Shown here piece by piece: positions 38,935-48,857 of a DNA stretch of 64,000 nt. The DNA lies in the IMG/VR virus record IMGVR_UViG_3300036980_001087, positions 32,943-96,942 of that record; one strand, given 5' to 3'. Source of the DNA: a virus. A program made the position numbers and the translations under genes. Position 1 is the stretch's first letter. The number at the start of each line of letters is the position of its first letter. A model generated the notes under the pieces. It searched no databases, had not been told where the DNA came from, and was given only the letters and a program-made list of their open reading frames with translations.

Positions 38935-39750
38935 TTGGTTTTTAATCCTCTATTGCTTAATTTACTTACTATTACAATGATGTTAATTACCCGTATATTC
39001 TGTTTTATTAGTGATAATTACCTTATTCCTATGCTTTTAATCTTATTAGGGTTATGTATTCTCCTTTCTTATTTAGAGATAAATAGGGGTAAATTAGTCA
39101 AAATGGGTAATATAGTCTATGATATTGAGGGTGGATATATAGGTATGATAGATAGTTTTGTAGATATGGATGGCTTTGTTAGGCTTACAAATAATAGAGG
39201 GGCATTTTGGTATATAGATATTAGGAAGCTTAGAAGATTAACCCCTAAAGAAAGGTTTGATTATTATGTCCAATCTCTTTGAAGTAGGTATGTGGGTAAA
39301 GGATATGAGCAAGGGGCAGATAGGTAAGATAACTGATATAGGCAAAGAGCTGATTACTTTAGAAGTTACCTATCCTTATATAGTATGCCCTCTCATTCTT
39401 GGAATCACTTATTGCCAAGACAATAGGGGAATTGTTCAGTCTTGGAGAGCTTGGGTTTGGGATATTGAGCCACTTACAGAACAGGAAAAGTTGCGACTAA
39501 TGGTGGAGAAACTATAATGTTAAAGAGAGGAACTTTATTATACCATAAGGTTTTAGGGAAATATGGCATTGTTTCTAAGAGATGGTCAGTAACTAATCCA
39601 GAGAAGGATGAAGATGGGTTGGGAGATATGTATATGGTAAGGCCCATTGAGAAAGAGGACAGATATTGTCCACACATTTGGAGTGAAGGACTTTGTTATG
39701 AAGTAGTGAATGAAGATGAGCAGATGGCAGTATTATTAAAGATGCTTTAA
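38935..39750 (+). CDS. Three SH3-like small tagged proteins (~39103-39282, 39266-39517, 39517-39750)
   Basis: G..V.D...G..G.I pattern; ends LTPKERFDYYVQSL, LTEQEKLRLMVEKL, VNEDEQMAVLLKML; first start uncertain. Confidence 0.55.
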
Positions 39751-39811
39751 GCTTAATTGCTATTGATGGCTATAGTAATTACTCTCAAATCGCTAATAAT
39801 CTAAAAGAAAA

Positions 39812-39854
39812 ACTTGACAAACAGCAATTTATATGTTATACTTAACACAAGGAG
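39812..39854 (+). promoter_or_regulatory. Early sigma70 promoter
   Basis: TTGACA-N17-TATACT with TG extension, runs into GGAGG. Confidence 0.8.
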
Positions 39855-39860
39855 GAAACT

Positions 39861-41247
39861 ATGAGTGATTTAGTAAATAGTGAATCAATTAAAGCAAAAA
39901 ATATCCGTAAACATATTGATGAGATAAGCTTATTGGGCGGAATACTTTATGGATATTATCGCCAATTAAAAGAAACAATTACCAGAAAAACACAGGACAT
40001 TGATAGTGATAAAAGACGGCTCAGAGATATAATTATCTCAATCCGATCTGGACAAACGAGTGTTCAAAAAGAAAAAGCTGTACTTATTGAAACCAAAGAT
40101 GTATTAAAAAAGTGCTATAGAATAGACGTTGATGCGCTTGAAACTGCGGAGGAGTTATAATGTCTAAGCCAGAAATACATTTAGTTGAAAATAGGACATT
40201 TGTAGGGATTATTGCTTGTTCTAAATGTGGCTATGAGTGTGTTTGGATATCAAAGAACTGGAATGAGGGGAAGTGTAAAAGGTGCGGAAGTCCAACCCGC
40301 AACCTTATTACAGCTTGTTCTTCGGGAAGTAAACGCCCCCTTGACCAAACAATCCAAAGCTATATTAGAGGACTGAGAGGCACGATATGACCACTATGAT
40401 TAGCAGTAGTATAGAAAATAAAGCAAAACAATTAGATGAGTTACTTACTAAATTAGATTATAAAACTAAAGAGCCATTTATGCCTTATTCAAAAGTTGTA
40501 ATTTTTGAAAATGGGCAATTTATTAGGGCTGTCTTTGTAGAATATAATGTTAAATGTAAAATGAATGGAAAAAATAAACACTTGTGTAAAGCCTGTCCTG
40601 GCAGTATGAAATTTGTAGGGATAGATAGGCCGAGAGACTTATTTTATTTATCTGGATGTAATACAGCTACTTGGGATAATGCACACCGCAGAGTATTCTT
40701 AGTGGATGATCCCATTGTGGATTTAATTAGAATTAATTTTAACTTCTAAAGGAGGCCCAAATGACACGAAAAGTATTTGAGGTAGGGGACAGGGTAGTAA
40801 CAAGAGATTTAGAGGGGACTATATCGGAAGTCGTTAATTCACATAAAGTTATGGTGAATTGGATTGACTCCTTAATTATAGGAAATACTTACTTAGAAAG
40901 TAAGTTGTTAAAGTGGGATGAAGAAATGAAAGTTTGGGATGTTAAACAGGGGAGGAATTATGTATAATGTAGTCAGAGCAGAAGTTCTATCAGCGTTGTT
41001 TGTGAAAAGCTTTTTAGCAGTATGGGTAGGATTAGTTGTTATGTCTATCATTGTAATCTGTGGAATTTATATTAAGGATTATCTTGATAGAAAACAAGCA
41101 AGAGAAATAATTGTGATTGAAGAAGGAGAAACAGTTGTGCCGTGTACTGTTTGTGGTGAAGCTTGTAATAAGATAGAAGTTAAGAAGGTTAAAAGAACTA
41201 AAAAACCAGTAAGTAAAAAGAAGAATAAGGCAAAGAAAAGCAAATAA
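39861..41247 (+). CDS. Five small hypothetical proteins (39861-40160, 40160-40390 Zn ribbon, 40387-40749, 40761-40967, ~40960-41247 TM + Zn ribbon)
   Basis: Contiguous RBS-preceded ORFs. Confidence 0.5.
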
Positions 41248-41281
41248 CTTGGTGGATTATTTTTAGAAATATGCTATACTT
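41247..41281 (+). promoter_or_regulatory. Class II promoter ACTTGGTKGATTATTTT-N3-AAATATGYTATACTT
   Basis: 30/35 identical to 59914-59948; TG-extended TATACT, non-consensus -35. Confidence 0.65.
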
Positions 41282-41308
41282 TAACTGACAAAACAAAGGA
41301 GGAAGTAA

Positions 41309-42202
41309 ATGGCAAGACGTAAAGTAAAGAAGTTGAATAAGTTTTTGGTATTTTTAAAGGAATATAGCTATCCAATAATTGTGGGTATTATATTATTGGG
41401 CTGTATTTTATTTGCTGGATCCTTGGCTCATGCCTGTACTGGCCCGAATTGCTCACCTGATAGCGCAGTCTATGATACTAATAATGGACAGGCTGGACAG
41501 ATACTTGTTAATAATGGGTGTGCCGATTCTGGTAATAAAGAATTGGGAACTTGGACTAATCCTTCTGATATCCCTGGATTAAAGGGGGACAAAGGCGATA
41601 AGGGTGATAAGGGGGCAACAGGTGCGCAAGGAATACAAGGAATTAAAGGTGAGAAGGGAGATCAGGGAGAAAAAGGCAATCAGGGTTTTGTAGGAAATAA
41701 TGGTAAAGATGGCACTAATGGAATTGATGGTAAGGATGGAAAAGACGGGGCTGTCGGAGCTAAAGGAGATCAGGGAGATATGGGATTACCTGGAACACCG
41801 GGAGCCGAAGGAGAAAAAGGAGATAAAGGGGAGCAGGGTATTCAAGGAATAAAGGGTGTTGATTTTGACCCGGCTACTCTTAATGAACAAAATAGTAAAC
41901 TTGATAATATGAACTCCCGTATTAACAAGTTAGAAAGAACCCAGTATGTATTTCAGGGAGAGGTTAGGTTATTTGATACTCGCAAATGGACAGGAAAACC
42001 TTTTGTGCGATACAATATTCAAAGGCACAAGGTGGATACCGTGGGCTTTATACTCACCTATAAAATGGGTAAGAGCTATGAAGAACGCCAGATGGAGTTA
42101 TTGAATAAGCGACTTGATCGGTTGGAAAAGGAACAACCTGCTGTAATTGAAAAGGTTTATAATGCTGATGGGACATTAAGGCAGATTTCCATTCATGAAT
42201 AA
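41309..42202 (+). CDS. Secreted collagen-like protein with coiled coil and beta-strand C-terminal domain
   Basis: Signal peptide ending AHA, ~31 G-X-Y triplets, NSRINKLE coil, amphipathic strands. Confidence 0.7.
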   Translation: MARRKVKKLNKFLVFLKEYSYPIIVGIILLGCILFAGSLAHACTGPNCSPDSAVYDTNNGQAGQILVNNGCADSGNKELGTWTNPSDIPGLKGDKGDKGDKGATGAQGIQGIKGEKGDQGEKGNQGFVGNNGKDGTNGIDGKDGKDGAVGAKGDQGDMGLPGTPGAEGEKGDKGEQGIQGIKGVDFDPATLNEQNSKLDNMNSRINKLERTQYVFQGEVRLFDTRKWTGKPFVRYNIQRHKVDTVGFILTYKMGKSYEERQMELLNKRLDRLEKEQPAVIEKVYNADGTLRQISIHE

Positions 42203-42236
42203 ACTGTGCACCAACACAGCAGGAAAGTAACAAGAA

Positions 42237-42260
42237 GGGCGGGGGCTACGGCCCCCGTCT
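42237..42260 (+). terminator. GC hairpin with cUACGg tetraloop, probable terminator/processing stem
   Basis: GGGCGGGGGC-TACG-GCCCCCGTCT. Confidence 0.55.
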
Positions 42261-42276
42261 CTAACCTGGAGAACAA

Positions 42277-42516
42277 ATGATAGTTGCCAATCCTGGAAAG
42301 TTAGCCACCTTATTACAAATTATACGCATCTGCACTAAAGTAATTGGTTGGTGCTTATGGTGTTTTTTAATAGGGTGGGCTCTTGTTAATATGTTATTCT
42401 TTAAAAGAAAGAATTGGGACATCATTACAAAAGGGTTTCTTCTATTTGCCGGTAGTAAGTTCCTGACTAACGCATTAAAACCAAAGAGGAGTAAATTATG
42501 CCTACATATAAAGTAA
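42277..42516 (+). CDS. Small membrane protein
   Basis: Hydrophobic segments. Confidence 0.45.
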   Translation: MIVANPGKLATLLQIIRICTKVIGWCLWCFLIGWALVNMLFFKRKNWDIITKGFLLFAGSKFLTNALKPKRSKLCLHIK

Positions 42517-42659
42517 TACGAATTGAAAAAGTATCACAGAATAAAAAGGACAGAAAGATTATAACCACCGTGCTAAGACATTCAGCTCAGTTAGAAAAAG
42601 ACTTGAATAAAGTAGTTTCTAAACATCGTAAGGCAGTTGAAATAAAGGTGGAGGGCTAA

Positions 42660-43877
42660 ATGAAGATCAGCATATTCACACCAACACATAACCCAAAATA
42701 TTTACAGGAGGCCTATGATTCAATTAAGAATCAGGCCTTTGATGAGTGGGTTATAGTAGCCAACAATACCAAAATACCTAACTTTAATGATTCACGTGTA
42801 AAGGTATTTGAATATAATGATGTCCATTTTGTTGGAGCATTAAAGAAAGTTGCGTGTGGATATTGCACGGGGGACATCTTGGTTGAACTAGACCACGATG
42901 ATCTTCTTACGGAAGATGCCATTGAAGAGATCCGTCTAGCATTTGAAGATCCAGATGTTGGTTTCGTACATTCAAATGCGACAAATTTTAAAGATAATTT
43001 TCAACCTACTCCTATATATAGCTCGGCTTATGGCTGGAAATACCGTCCCTTTCTATATAAAGGACATAAGCTGGATGAATACATTGCGTTTCCTTCTACT
43101 CCAGCTAGTGTATCTCGTATTTGGTATTGTCCTAATCATGTTCGGGCTTGGAGAAAAGATGCATACATAAAGGCTGGTGGACACGCAGAGGATATGCGTG
43201 TATTAGATGACCAGGATTTAATTGCCAGAACATATTTAGTTACTGAATTTAAGCATATAGATAAATGCCTATATCTGTATAGAATTACAGGAGAAAATAC
43301 TTGGATCAAACACAATGCTGAAATTCAGAATAACGTTTATAGAATTTATGATAAGTATATTTTTAAGATTGTAGAAAAGTGGGCGGATGAGAATAAATTT
43401 CTAAAGTTGGATTTAGGAGGAAGATTTAATTGTCCTCTTGGGTATAAAAGTGTGGATTTAAAGGGGGCAGATTATAATTTTGATCTAACCAAAGTATGGC
43501 CCATTAAAGATAATTCTGTGGGCGTTCTTAGGGCGCAAGATATTCTGGAGCATCTTAAAGATCCAATTCACGTGATGAAAGAGGCGCATAGAGTGTTGGT
43601 ACCAGGGGGATATTTTATGATTAATGTTCCCAGTACTGATGGAAGGGGAGCCTTTCAAGATCCAACCCACGTTAGTTACTGGAATGAGAATAGTTTTTGG
43701 TATTATACCAAGCACGATCAGGCAAGATTTATTGATACTCCTGTTAGATTTCAAACAATGAGGCTGTATAGCAGTAATCCAAATGAGCATTGTAAAGCCA
43801 ATTATATTTGTTATGTAACGGCCCACCTAATAGCATTAAAGGGACAGCCAAGACAACCAGGACTTATTGAAATCTAA
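42660..43877 (+). CDS. GT2 glycosyltransferase fused to class I methyltransferase
   Basis: ISIFTPTHN, ELDHDD, DDQDL; then KLDLGG, DILEHL, HRVLVPGG, DPTHVSYW. Confidence 0.85.
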   Translation: MKISIFTPTHNPKYLQEAYDSIKNQAFDEWVIVANNTKIPNFNDSRVKVFEYNDVHFVGALKKVACGYCTGDILVELDHDDLLTEDAIEEIRLAFEDPDVGFVHSNATNFKDNFQPTPIYSSAYGWKYRPFLYKGHKLDEYIAFPSTPASVSRIWYCPNHVRAWRKDAYIKAGGHAEDMRVLDDQDLIARTYLVTEFKHIDKCLYLYRITGENTWIKHNAEIQNNVYRIYDKYIFKIVEKWADENKFLKLDLGGRFNCPLGYKSVDLKGADYNFDLTKVWPIKDNSVGVLRAQDILEHLKDPIHVMKEAHRVLVPGGYFMINVPSTDGRGAFQDPTHVSYWNENSFWYYTKHDQARFIDTPVRFQTMRLYSSNPNEHCKANYICYVTAHLIALKGQPRQPGLIEI

Positions 43878-43886
43878 GGAGGGCAT

Positions 43887-44087
43887 ATGAAAATTAAAAC
43901 TTTAAATAAGAAACAGCCTGACCCAGCAACATCTTTAGTGCTTATATGCTCTACCTTAATTCATTTAAGTAGTCAAAAGAGCCTATCTAAGGATGATAAA
44001 TTATCTCTAGCCTATTTAGGTGCAATGGGAATGATACACACGGCAAAGTTAGCCCGAGAAAATAGGAGACTAAAAAGTGGCAAATAA
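43887..44087 (+). CDS. Hypothetical protein
   Basis: GGAGG RBS, 66 aa. Confidence 0.5.
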   Translation: MKIKTLNKKQPDPATSLVLICSTLIHLSSQKSLSKDDKLSLAYLGAMGMIHTAKLARENRRLKSGK

Positions 44088-44715
44088 AAACTTTATGTCT
44101 ACTGGACTACTTGAACTAGATAAAGCTCTTGGGGGAGGATTAATTCCAGGAAGATTTATTGAAGTTTATGGTGGGGTTGGAGTAGGCAAAAGCCTAATGT
44201 GCCTAGAGATAATTAGAGCATTGCAGGCGCAAGAGAAAGAAGTTTTATATGTGGATGCGGATCAATCATTCGATCCAATTCATGCATCAAAAGTTGGAGT
44301 AAATTTAAAAACTTTAGCCCTAGCCCGTATTCAGTCTGGAGATTTAGATGGATTATTGGATGCGTGTAATGAGTATGATGTAATTATCATTGATCCAATT
44401 ATAGGTTTGGATGGACCCGAACAAATTGTGGACTTCTTTGTAAGGAACTTAGAAACTTTAAGTAATTCTCGTGCTTGTTTTATATTGACAAATCAATTAC
44501 GAGTTAATCTTGGAAGAGGAAATTGTATAGCTCCGTTGGGGACTACCTTCCATCATTTTATTTCAGTTAGAATATTATTATCCAAGAAGGAAGTATTAAA
44601 GAATAAAACTGGACTTCTTGGATATAAATTATATTGTGATGTAATAAAGAATAAACTTGCCCCTATGTTAGGGGGATTTGAAATGACGATACCATATAAA
44701 ACGGAGGCTATATGA
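44077..44715 (+). CDS. recA: Truncated RecA-family ATPase
   Basis: STGLLELDKALGGG..PGRFIEVYG..GVGKS, YVDA, NQLR, KNKLAP; only 212 aa. Confidence 0.75.
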   Translation: MANKNFMSTGLLELDKALGGGLIPGRFIEVYGGVGVGKSLMCLEIIRALQAQEKEVLYVDADQSFDPIHASKVGVNLKTLALARIQSGDLDGLLDACNEYDVIIIDPIIGLDGPEQIVDFFVRNLETLSNSRACFILTNQLRVNLGRGNCIAPLGTTFHHFISVRILLSKKEVLKNKTGLLGYKLYCDVIKNKLAPMLGGFEMTIPYKTEAI

Positions 44716-45533
44716 AATTTGTAGGCTTGAAACATATCCTCTATGAACTTAAATTAGTGGCTGAGAGCCGCAAGCCCTTTCCACATACCCTATTTAAAGG
44801 ACCTCGTGGGTGTGGTAAAACTGTATTAAGCAGGGAAATAGGGATAATTACTGGGCAGAGATTGATTGAATTGAATGCTCCAGCTTTAGACAAAAAGAGG
44901 ATGTATGTTACACTTTTAAATATGAAGGCAAATGACATCCTCTTTATTGATGAAATACATAGGCTTAATCCAGTAGTAGAAGAAATACTATATCAGCCCT
45001 TAGAATCTAAAACATTAACTATTCCCATAGGGGGAAGATTAGCAACTATAAAGTTTGTTCCCTTTACTTTGATAGGAGCAACTACCAGACCAGCTTTAAT
45101 AACTAAGCCATTACTATCTAGAATACATTTAACTATTGATATTCCTCCCTATACAACTAGGGACTTAGCTAGAATTATTCAGGGCAAGTACCAAGTTAGT
45201 AACAGGGACGCGCTAGATGTAGCAAGATATACCTTAGTACCAAGAGAAGCCTTAAACTTAGCCGGAAGAGTACTTGCTTTAAATATGGGGGTAGAGAAAG
45301 GATTGTCCTTCCTTAATTTTAAAAGTGGACTTTCTGCCGATGAACGTTTATATTTAAAGCAATTAGCCCAGGGGGATCAGCACTCAATTCAATCTTTAGC
45401 AAGTGGAATGCAGTTTGAGCTCGACTCTATTACATTCCTTGAGGATAGGTTATTTAAACTCGGATATATTGAAGTAACAAATAAGGGACGACAACTTACC
45501 GCATATGGTATGGCAAAAGTAAGGAGCCTATAA
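44712..45533 (+). CDS. ruvB: RuvB-like Holliday junction branch-migration ATPase
   Basis: H.LFKGPRGCGKT, ILFIDEIHRL, EEILY, FTLIGATTR, C-terminal wHTH T.KGR.LT. Confidence 0.8.
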   Translation: MKFVGLKHILYELKLVAESRKPFPHTLFKGPRGCGKTVLSREIGIITGQRLIELNAPALDKKRMYVTLLNMKANDILFIDEIHRLNPVVEEILYQPLESKTLTIPIGGRLATIKFVPFTLIGATTRPALITKPLLSRIHLTIDIPPYTTRDLARIIQGKYQVSNRDALDVARYTLVPREALNLAGRVLALNMGVEKGLSFLNFKSGLSADERLYLKQLAQGDQHSIQSLASGMQFELDSITFLEDRLFKLGYIEVTNKGRQLTAYGMAKVRSL

Positions 45534-46621
45534 TGATATTTTCAATGCTCTATGCTAAAGCAAGTAATGGTAAGATAAAGATGTGGTCTATCACTGCCGA
45601 AGGCAATACTATGATAATTCGTAGTGGCTACGAAGGTGGGAAGATGGCAGAGCAAAGAAAGACTATTACTGGAAAGAATATAGGTAAAGCAAATGAAACA
45701 TCAGCCGAAGAACAGTGCCACTTAGAATGTAAATCGAAGTGGAATAAAAAGATAGATGAGCAGTATACTGAAAATAGAAATAATATTAAAGAGTATGGAG
45801 AACAAAAAGTATTACTTCCAATGTTGGCCTTGAACTTTAGAGACCGAGAGCATGATATTAAATTTCCTTGCTATGTCCAACCTAAACTTAATGGGGTACG
45901 ATGTATCTATCAAGGAGATAAGTTTATATCACGTAAAGGAAAAGAATATACAACACTTAACCATCTCGCCATAGAATTAAAGGAACTTGGTATTACTATG
46001 CCGGATGGAGAGATCTATGTGCATGGGATGGCCTTTCAAGAGATAATTCGTAGGGTAAAGAAAGACCGTGGCGTAAAGACCCAGGCTTTAGAGTATTGGA
46101 TTTATGATCAAGTCAATGAACACAAGTTTAAAGCACGTAATGATGAGATCAGTAATAGATTTAAGGATTATTTTATTCAGGCCCCTAGCATCAGGAAGTG
46201 CAAGATAAAATATGTTGAGACTGTTTTAGTTAATTCTAAAGAAGAGATTAAACAATGGCATGATAAGTTTGTACAGCAGGGATTTGAAGGGGTAATCATT
46301 CGTAATGTGGATGGATTATATAAAGTGAAACACCGTTCTCAGGATCTTCAGAAATATAAAGAATTCTTTGATGCTGAGTTTGAGATTGTAGGTTATCACG
46401 AAGGAACTGGAACTGATGATGGAACAGTTATATTTGAAGTAAAGACTAAAAAAGGACAGGTATTTAGTGTCCGCCCTAGAGGAACACATGAAGTAAGATC
46501 AGAATATTTGGAAGATATTGATAGTATTATTGGAAAAGAACTTACAGTTAGGTATCAAAATCTTAGTGAGGAAGGAATTCCAATTTTTCCAGTTGGAATA
46601 TCTATTAGAGACTATGAATAA
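45533..46621 (+). CDS. lig: ATP-dependent DNA ligase with N-terminal WGR-like domain
   Basis: PMLA, YVQPKLNGVR, DGEIY, FEGVIIRN, LQKYK, IGKELTVRYQ..SEEGIP.FP. Confidence 0.9.
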   Translation: MIFSMLYAKASNGKIKMWSITAEGNTMIIRSGYEGGKMAEQRKTITGKNIGKANETSAEEQCHLECKSKWNKKIDEQYTENRNNIKEYGEQKVLLPMLALNFRDREHDIKFPCYVQPKLNGVRCIYQGDKFISRKGKEYTTLNHLAIELKELGITMPDGEIYVHGMAFQEIIRRVKKDRGVKTQALEYWIYDQVNEHKFKARNDEISNRFKDYFIQAPSIRKCKIKYVETVLVNSKEEIKQWHDKFVQQGFEGVIIRNVDGLYKVKHRSQDLQKYKEFFDAEFEIVGYHEGTGTDDGTVIFEVKTKKGQVFSVRPRGTHEVRSEYLEDIDSIIGKELTVRYQNLSEEGIPIFPVGISIRDYE

Positions 46622-46796
46622 AAGAATGATCTGCAAACATAGAACTGAGAAGTGTGTAAGGACAGAATGTGTACATCGTGTACCACACGAAGAGATGCTA
46701 GGTACATGTGGTAGAAAAGCATGTGGCCATGCCTTTAATCCAAAAGCACATTGTAAAGTACTAACTAAAACAGAGTTAATTATGGAAGTTTACTAA
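46614..46796 (+). CDS. Cys/His-rich paralog with tag LTKTELIMEVY
   Basis: MICKHRTEKCVRTECVHRVPH. Confidence 0.6.
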   Translation: MNKRMICKHRTEKCVRTECVHRVPHEEMLGTCGRKACGHAFNPKAHCKVLTKTELIMEVY

Positions 46797-46806
46797 GGAG
46801 GTTACA

Positions 46807-47100
46807 ATGAACGATCCAATTATTGAACAAGATAAGAGTAATCCTTTCACTGAACAAGCCCCAGAACAAGTGGGTTTAGATTTAAAGTGCCCCGGTTGTG
46901 GTAATGCTTTAACTATGACAGATAAAGGTTTAGTGTGCCCTGTCTGTGAAAATGACCGTAAATTAGTAGTGCGTAGAAATTGGTTAGGTCTATATAAAGT
47001 TATTGAGTCACAGAATGTATTCTGTGAAGGCTATTTAACTATTCAACAATGTGAAGAGTTAACTAATAAGGGAGTAAAAATACATGTCCTCTATTCCTAG
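46807..47100 (+). CDS. Zn-ribbon protein
   Basis: CPGC...CPVC. Confidence 0.55.
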   Translation: MNDPIIEQDKSNPFTEQAPEQVGLDLKCPGCGNALTMTDKGLVCPVCENDRKLVVRRNWLGLYKVIESQNVFCEGYLTIQQCEELTNKGVKIHVLYS

Positions 47101-47299
47101 CCCCTGGAAAGCGTATCTTTGCCAAGTTTATCCATATGGAACCAAAGAGGTTGTAGTCTTACTAATGAATGAGCCAAGTAGATTATTTAACTATACTACA
47201 GGTAAATTTATACATATTGATGAAATTGGACCACGTGTTGTTAAAGAAGTAGGGATGCCTAAAGATGTAATGGATAAATTATTAGTATCCTATTACTAA
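47084..47299 (+). CDS. Small tagged protein (ends MPKDVMDKLLVSYY)
   Basis: 71 aa, GGAG RBS. Confidence 0.55.
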   Translation: MSSIPSPWKAYLCQVYPYGTKEVVVLLMNEPSRLFNYTTGKFIHIDEIGPRVVKEVGMPKDVMDKLLVSYY

Positions 47300-47309
47300 G
47301 GAGGAGTAA

Positions 47310-48212
47310 ATGAATCTAAATGGTACAATTCAAATAGTAAAGGGCTTGATTGACCTACCGCATAATAAGTTTAATCTTAGTAATTATAGATTTATATTGG
47401 AGGATAAGGTGCCTTATATAAATTTTGAAAGTATGCCTTCCGATTCTCCTATACAGTTAATGTCCGGACGAAATTATAATTCTGGATTAATTAGAATACT
47501 TCCCCGTAAAGTTTCCGATCAAGGTAATATCTATATCATAGGCAAAGGAATTCTTTTTGATTCTGGAGGCCTAGACCTAAAAAGAAGTATGGTGGACATG
47601 TCAAATGATAAAGCGGGCATGCTTATTGCAGTAGCAATAGCTGATTATTTTCACGATGCCCCTAAGGGAGTATTTGCTTGTTGCCCCGTTACTACCAACT
47701 TTGTACAAAACAGTTTGATAATTCCCGGAGATATATTAACTATTGGTAAAAAGGAAGTAAAGATTACTAATACAGATGCAGAGGGTAGATTAATTCTTGC
47801 CGAGGCACTAACTGCTTGTAAATTACAGAAAAAAGATATCGTAATTACCATTGCTACTCTTACTGGAGCTGTGGAAGGAGCAATAGATAAGCGGGCCACT
47901 GGGGTATTTGGTACTAATGATGTATTAGTTAATCAGTATCTTACTGCAGCTACTCAAGTTAAAGAATTAGCTTGGAGACTACCCCTTTGGGCGGATCTTG
48001 AAAAAGCATATTATAAGGGAAATAAAATTAAGAATTATGTTAAAGAAATTAAGGCTGGTGCTACAGAGGCTGCTTTATTTGTAAAACAATTTGTTCCGTA
48101 TCCTGAAAATTGGATCCACTTAGATATCGCAGCTTCTGCATTTGATAAAAATAATAAAGCAAATGGAGTACCAATTAAATCCTTAGTAAGATTTATTGAA
48201 AATTTAAAATAA
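47310..48212 (+). CDS. pepA: M17 leucyl aminopeptidase (catalytic domain only)
   Basis: GKGILFDSGGLDLK, NTDAEGRLILAE, ATLTGA, WRLPL, WIHLDIA. Confidence 0.9.
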   Translation: MNLNGTIQIVKGLIDLPHNKFNLSNYRFILEDKVPYINFESMPSDSPIQLMSGRNYNSGLIRILPRKVSDQGNIYIIGKGILFDSGGLDLKRSMVDMSNDKAGMLIAVAIADYFHDAPKGVFACCPVTTNFVQNSLIIPGDILTIGKKEVKITNTDAEGRLILAEALTACKLQKKDIVITIATLTGAVEGAIDKRATGVFGTNDVLVNQYLTAATQVKELAWRLPLWADLEKAYYKGNKIKNYVKEIKAGATEAALFVKQFVPYPENWIHLDIAASAFDKNNKANGVPIKSLVRFIENLK

Positions 48213-48213
48213 A

Positions 48214-48641
48214 ATGTCTAAGCATAAGAAAATTTGTCCTAAAGTATTAAACGGAGATTGCCCATTTGGGGATGAACGGGGAGCATGTTACCACGCTAAA
48301 CTACATATGGATGCCCAGGAACAATGCGAGGATAATGGTATTTCTGGAGATCCCAATGATTCACGACAGTGTGGTAGTTGTATATCTTACGCTAAATTAT
48401 CTAAAAATGATAAGTTAAAAGTAATGTTAATGGAGTTATGATGGAAAAATATATTTGCCCTAAATATAAAACATGTACTGCAGTGTGTGACCACCAAGTA
48501 GTGCATGAGTATGGAGAAACGTGTACATATAGTTGTAGGCCCGAGAAGGAGGTTGATGGGACTACTATTCAAGAGGAGGAGTATCAAAAAGTACAATGTA
48601 GAAAAGCAACAGAAGAGGAAATTATTGAATCCAGTTATTAA
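48214..48641 (+). CDS. Two Cys/His-rich paralogs (48214-48441, 48438-48641) with tag
   Basis: ICP..C..CxHxxxH; ends LSKNDKLKVMLMEL, ATEEEIIESSY. Confidence 0.6.
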
Positions 48642-48658
48642 GTTGGTATATAATATAT
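48625..48658 (+). promoter_or_regulatory. Class III promoter (TTGGTATATAATATA)
   Basis: TTGAAT-N18-TATAAT; 13-15 bp core repeated at 55922, 58979 and 36537 (minus). Confidence 0.6.
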
Positions 48659-48685
48659 AGTAAGGAACACTAAATAGGAGGAAAG

Positions 48686-48844
48686 ATGATTAATTTAACA
48701 AAAGAACAGATCAAACTTGGTTGTAAAGCAGTAAGTATTATAGTCGCCGTGGTTGGTTTAGGGATTATATTTAAAACTAGCCCTATAGCTGTAATCTTAG
48801 TAGTAGTTGGAGCAGCGGGATTTTACTTTACAGACAAAGCTTAA
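48686..48844 (+). CDS. 52-aa two-TM membrane protein
   Basis: GGAGG RBS; MINLTKEQIKLGCKAVSIIVAVVGLGIIF... Confidence 0.55.
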   Translation: MINLTKEQIKLGCKAVSIIVAVVGLGIIFKTSPIAVILVVVGAAGFYFTDKA

Positions 48845-48857
48845 CTCGGAGGAGCCA

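Noticed and set aside
25251-41247. Stop-codon reassignment explaining the many short ORFs
   Set aside because: Short ORFs have their own SD sequences, change frame and use all three stops; conserved long genes are intact in code 11.
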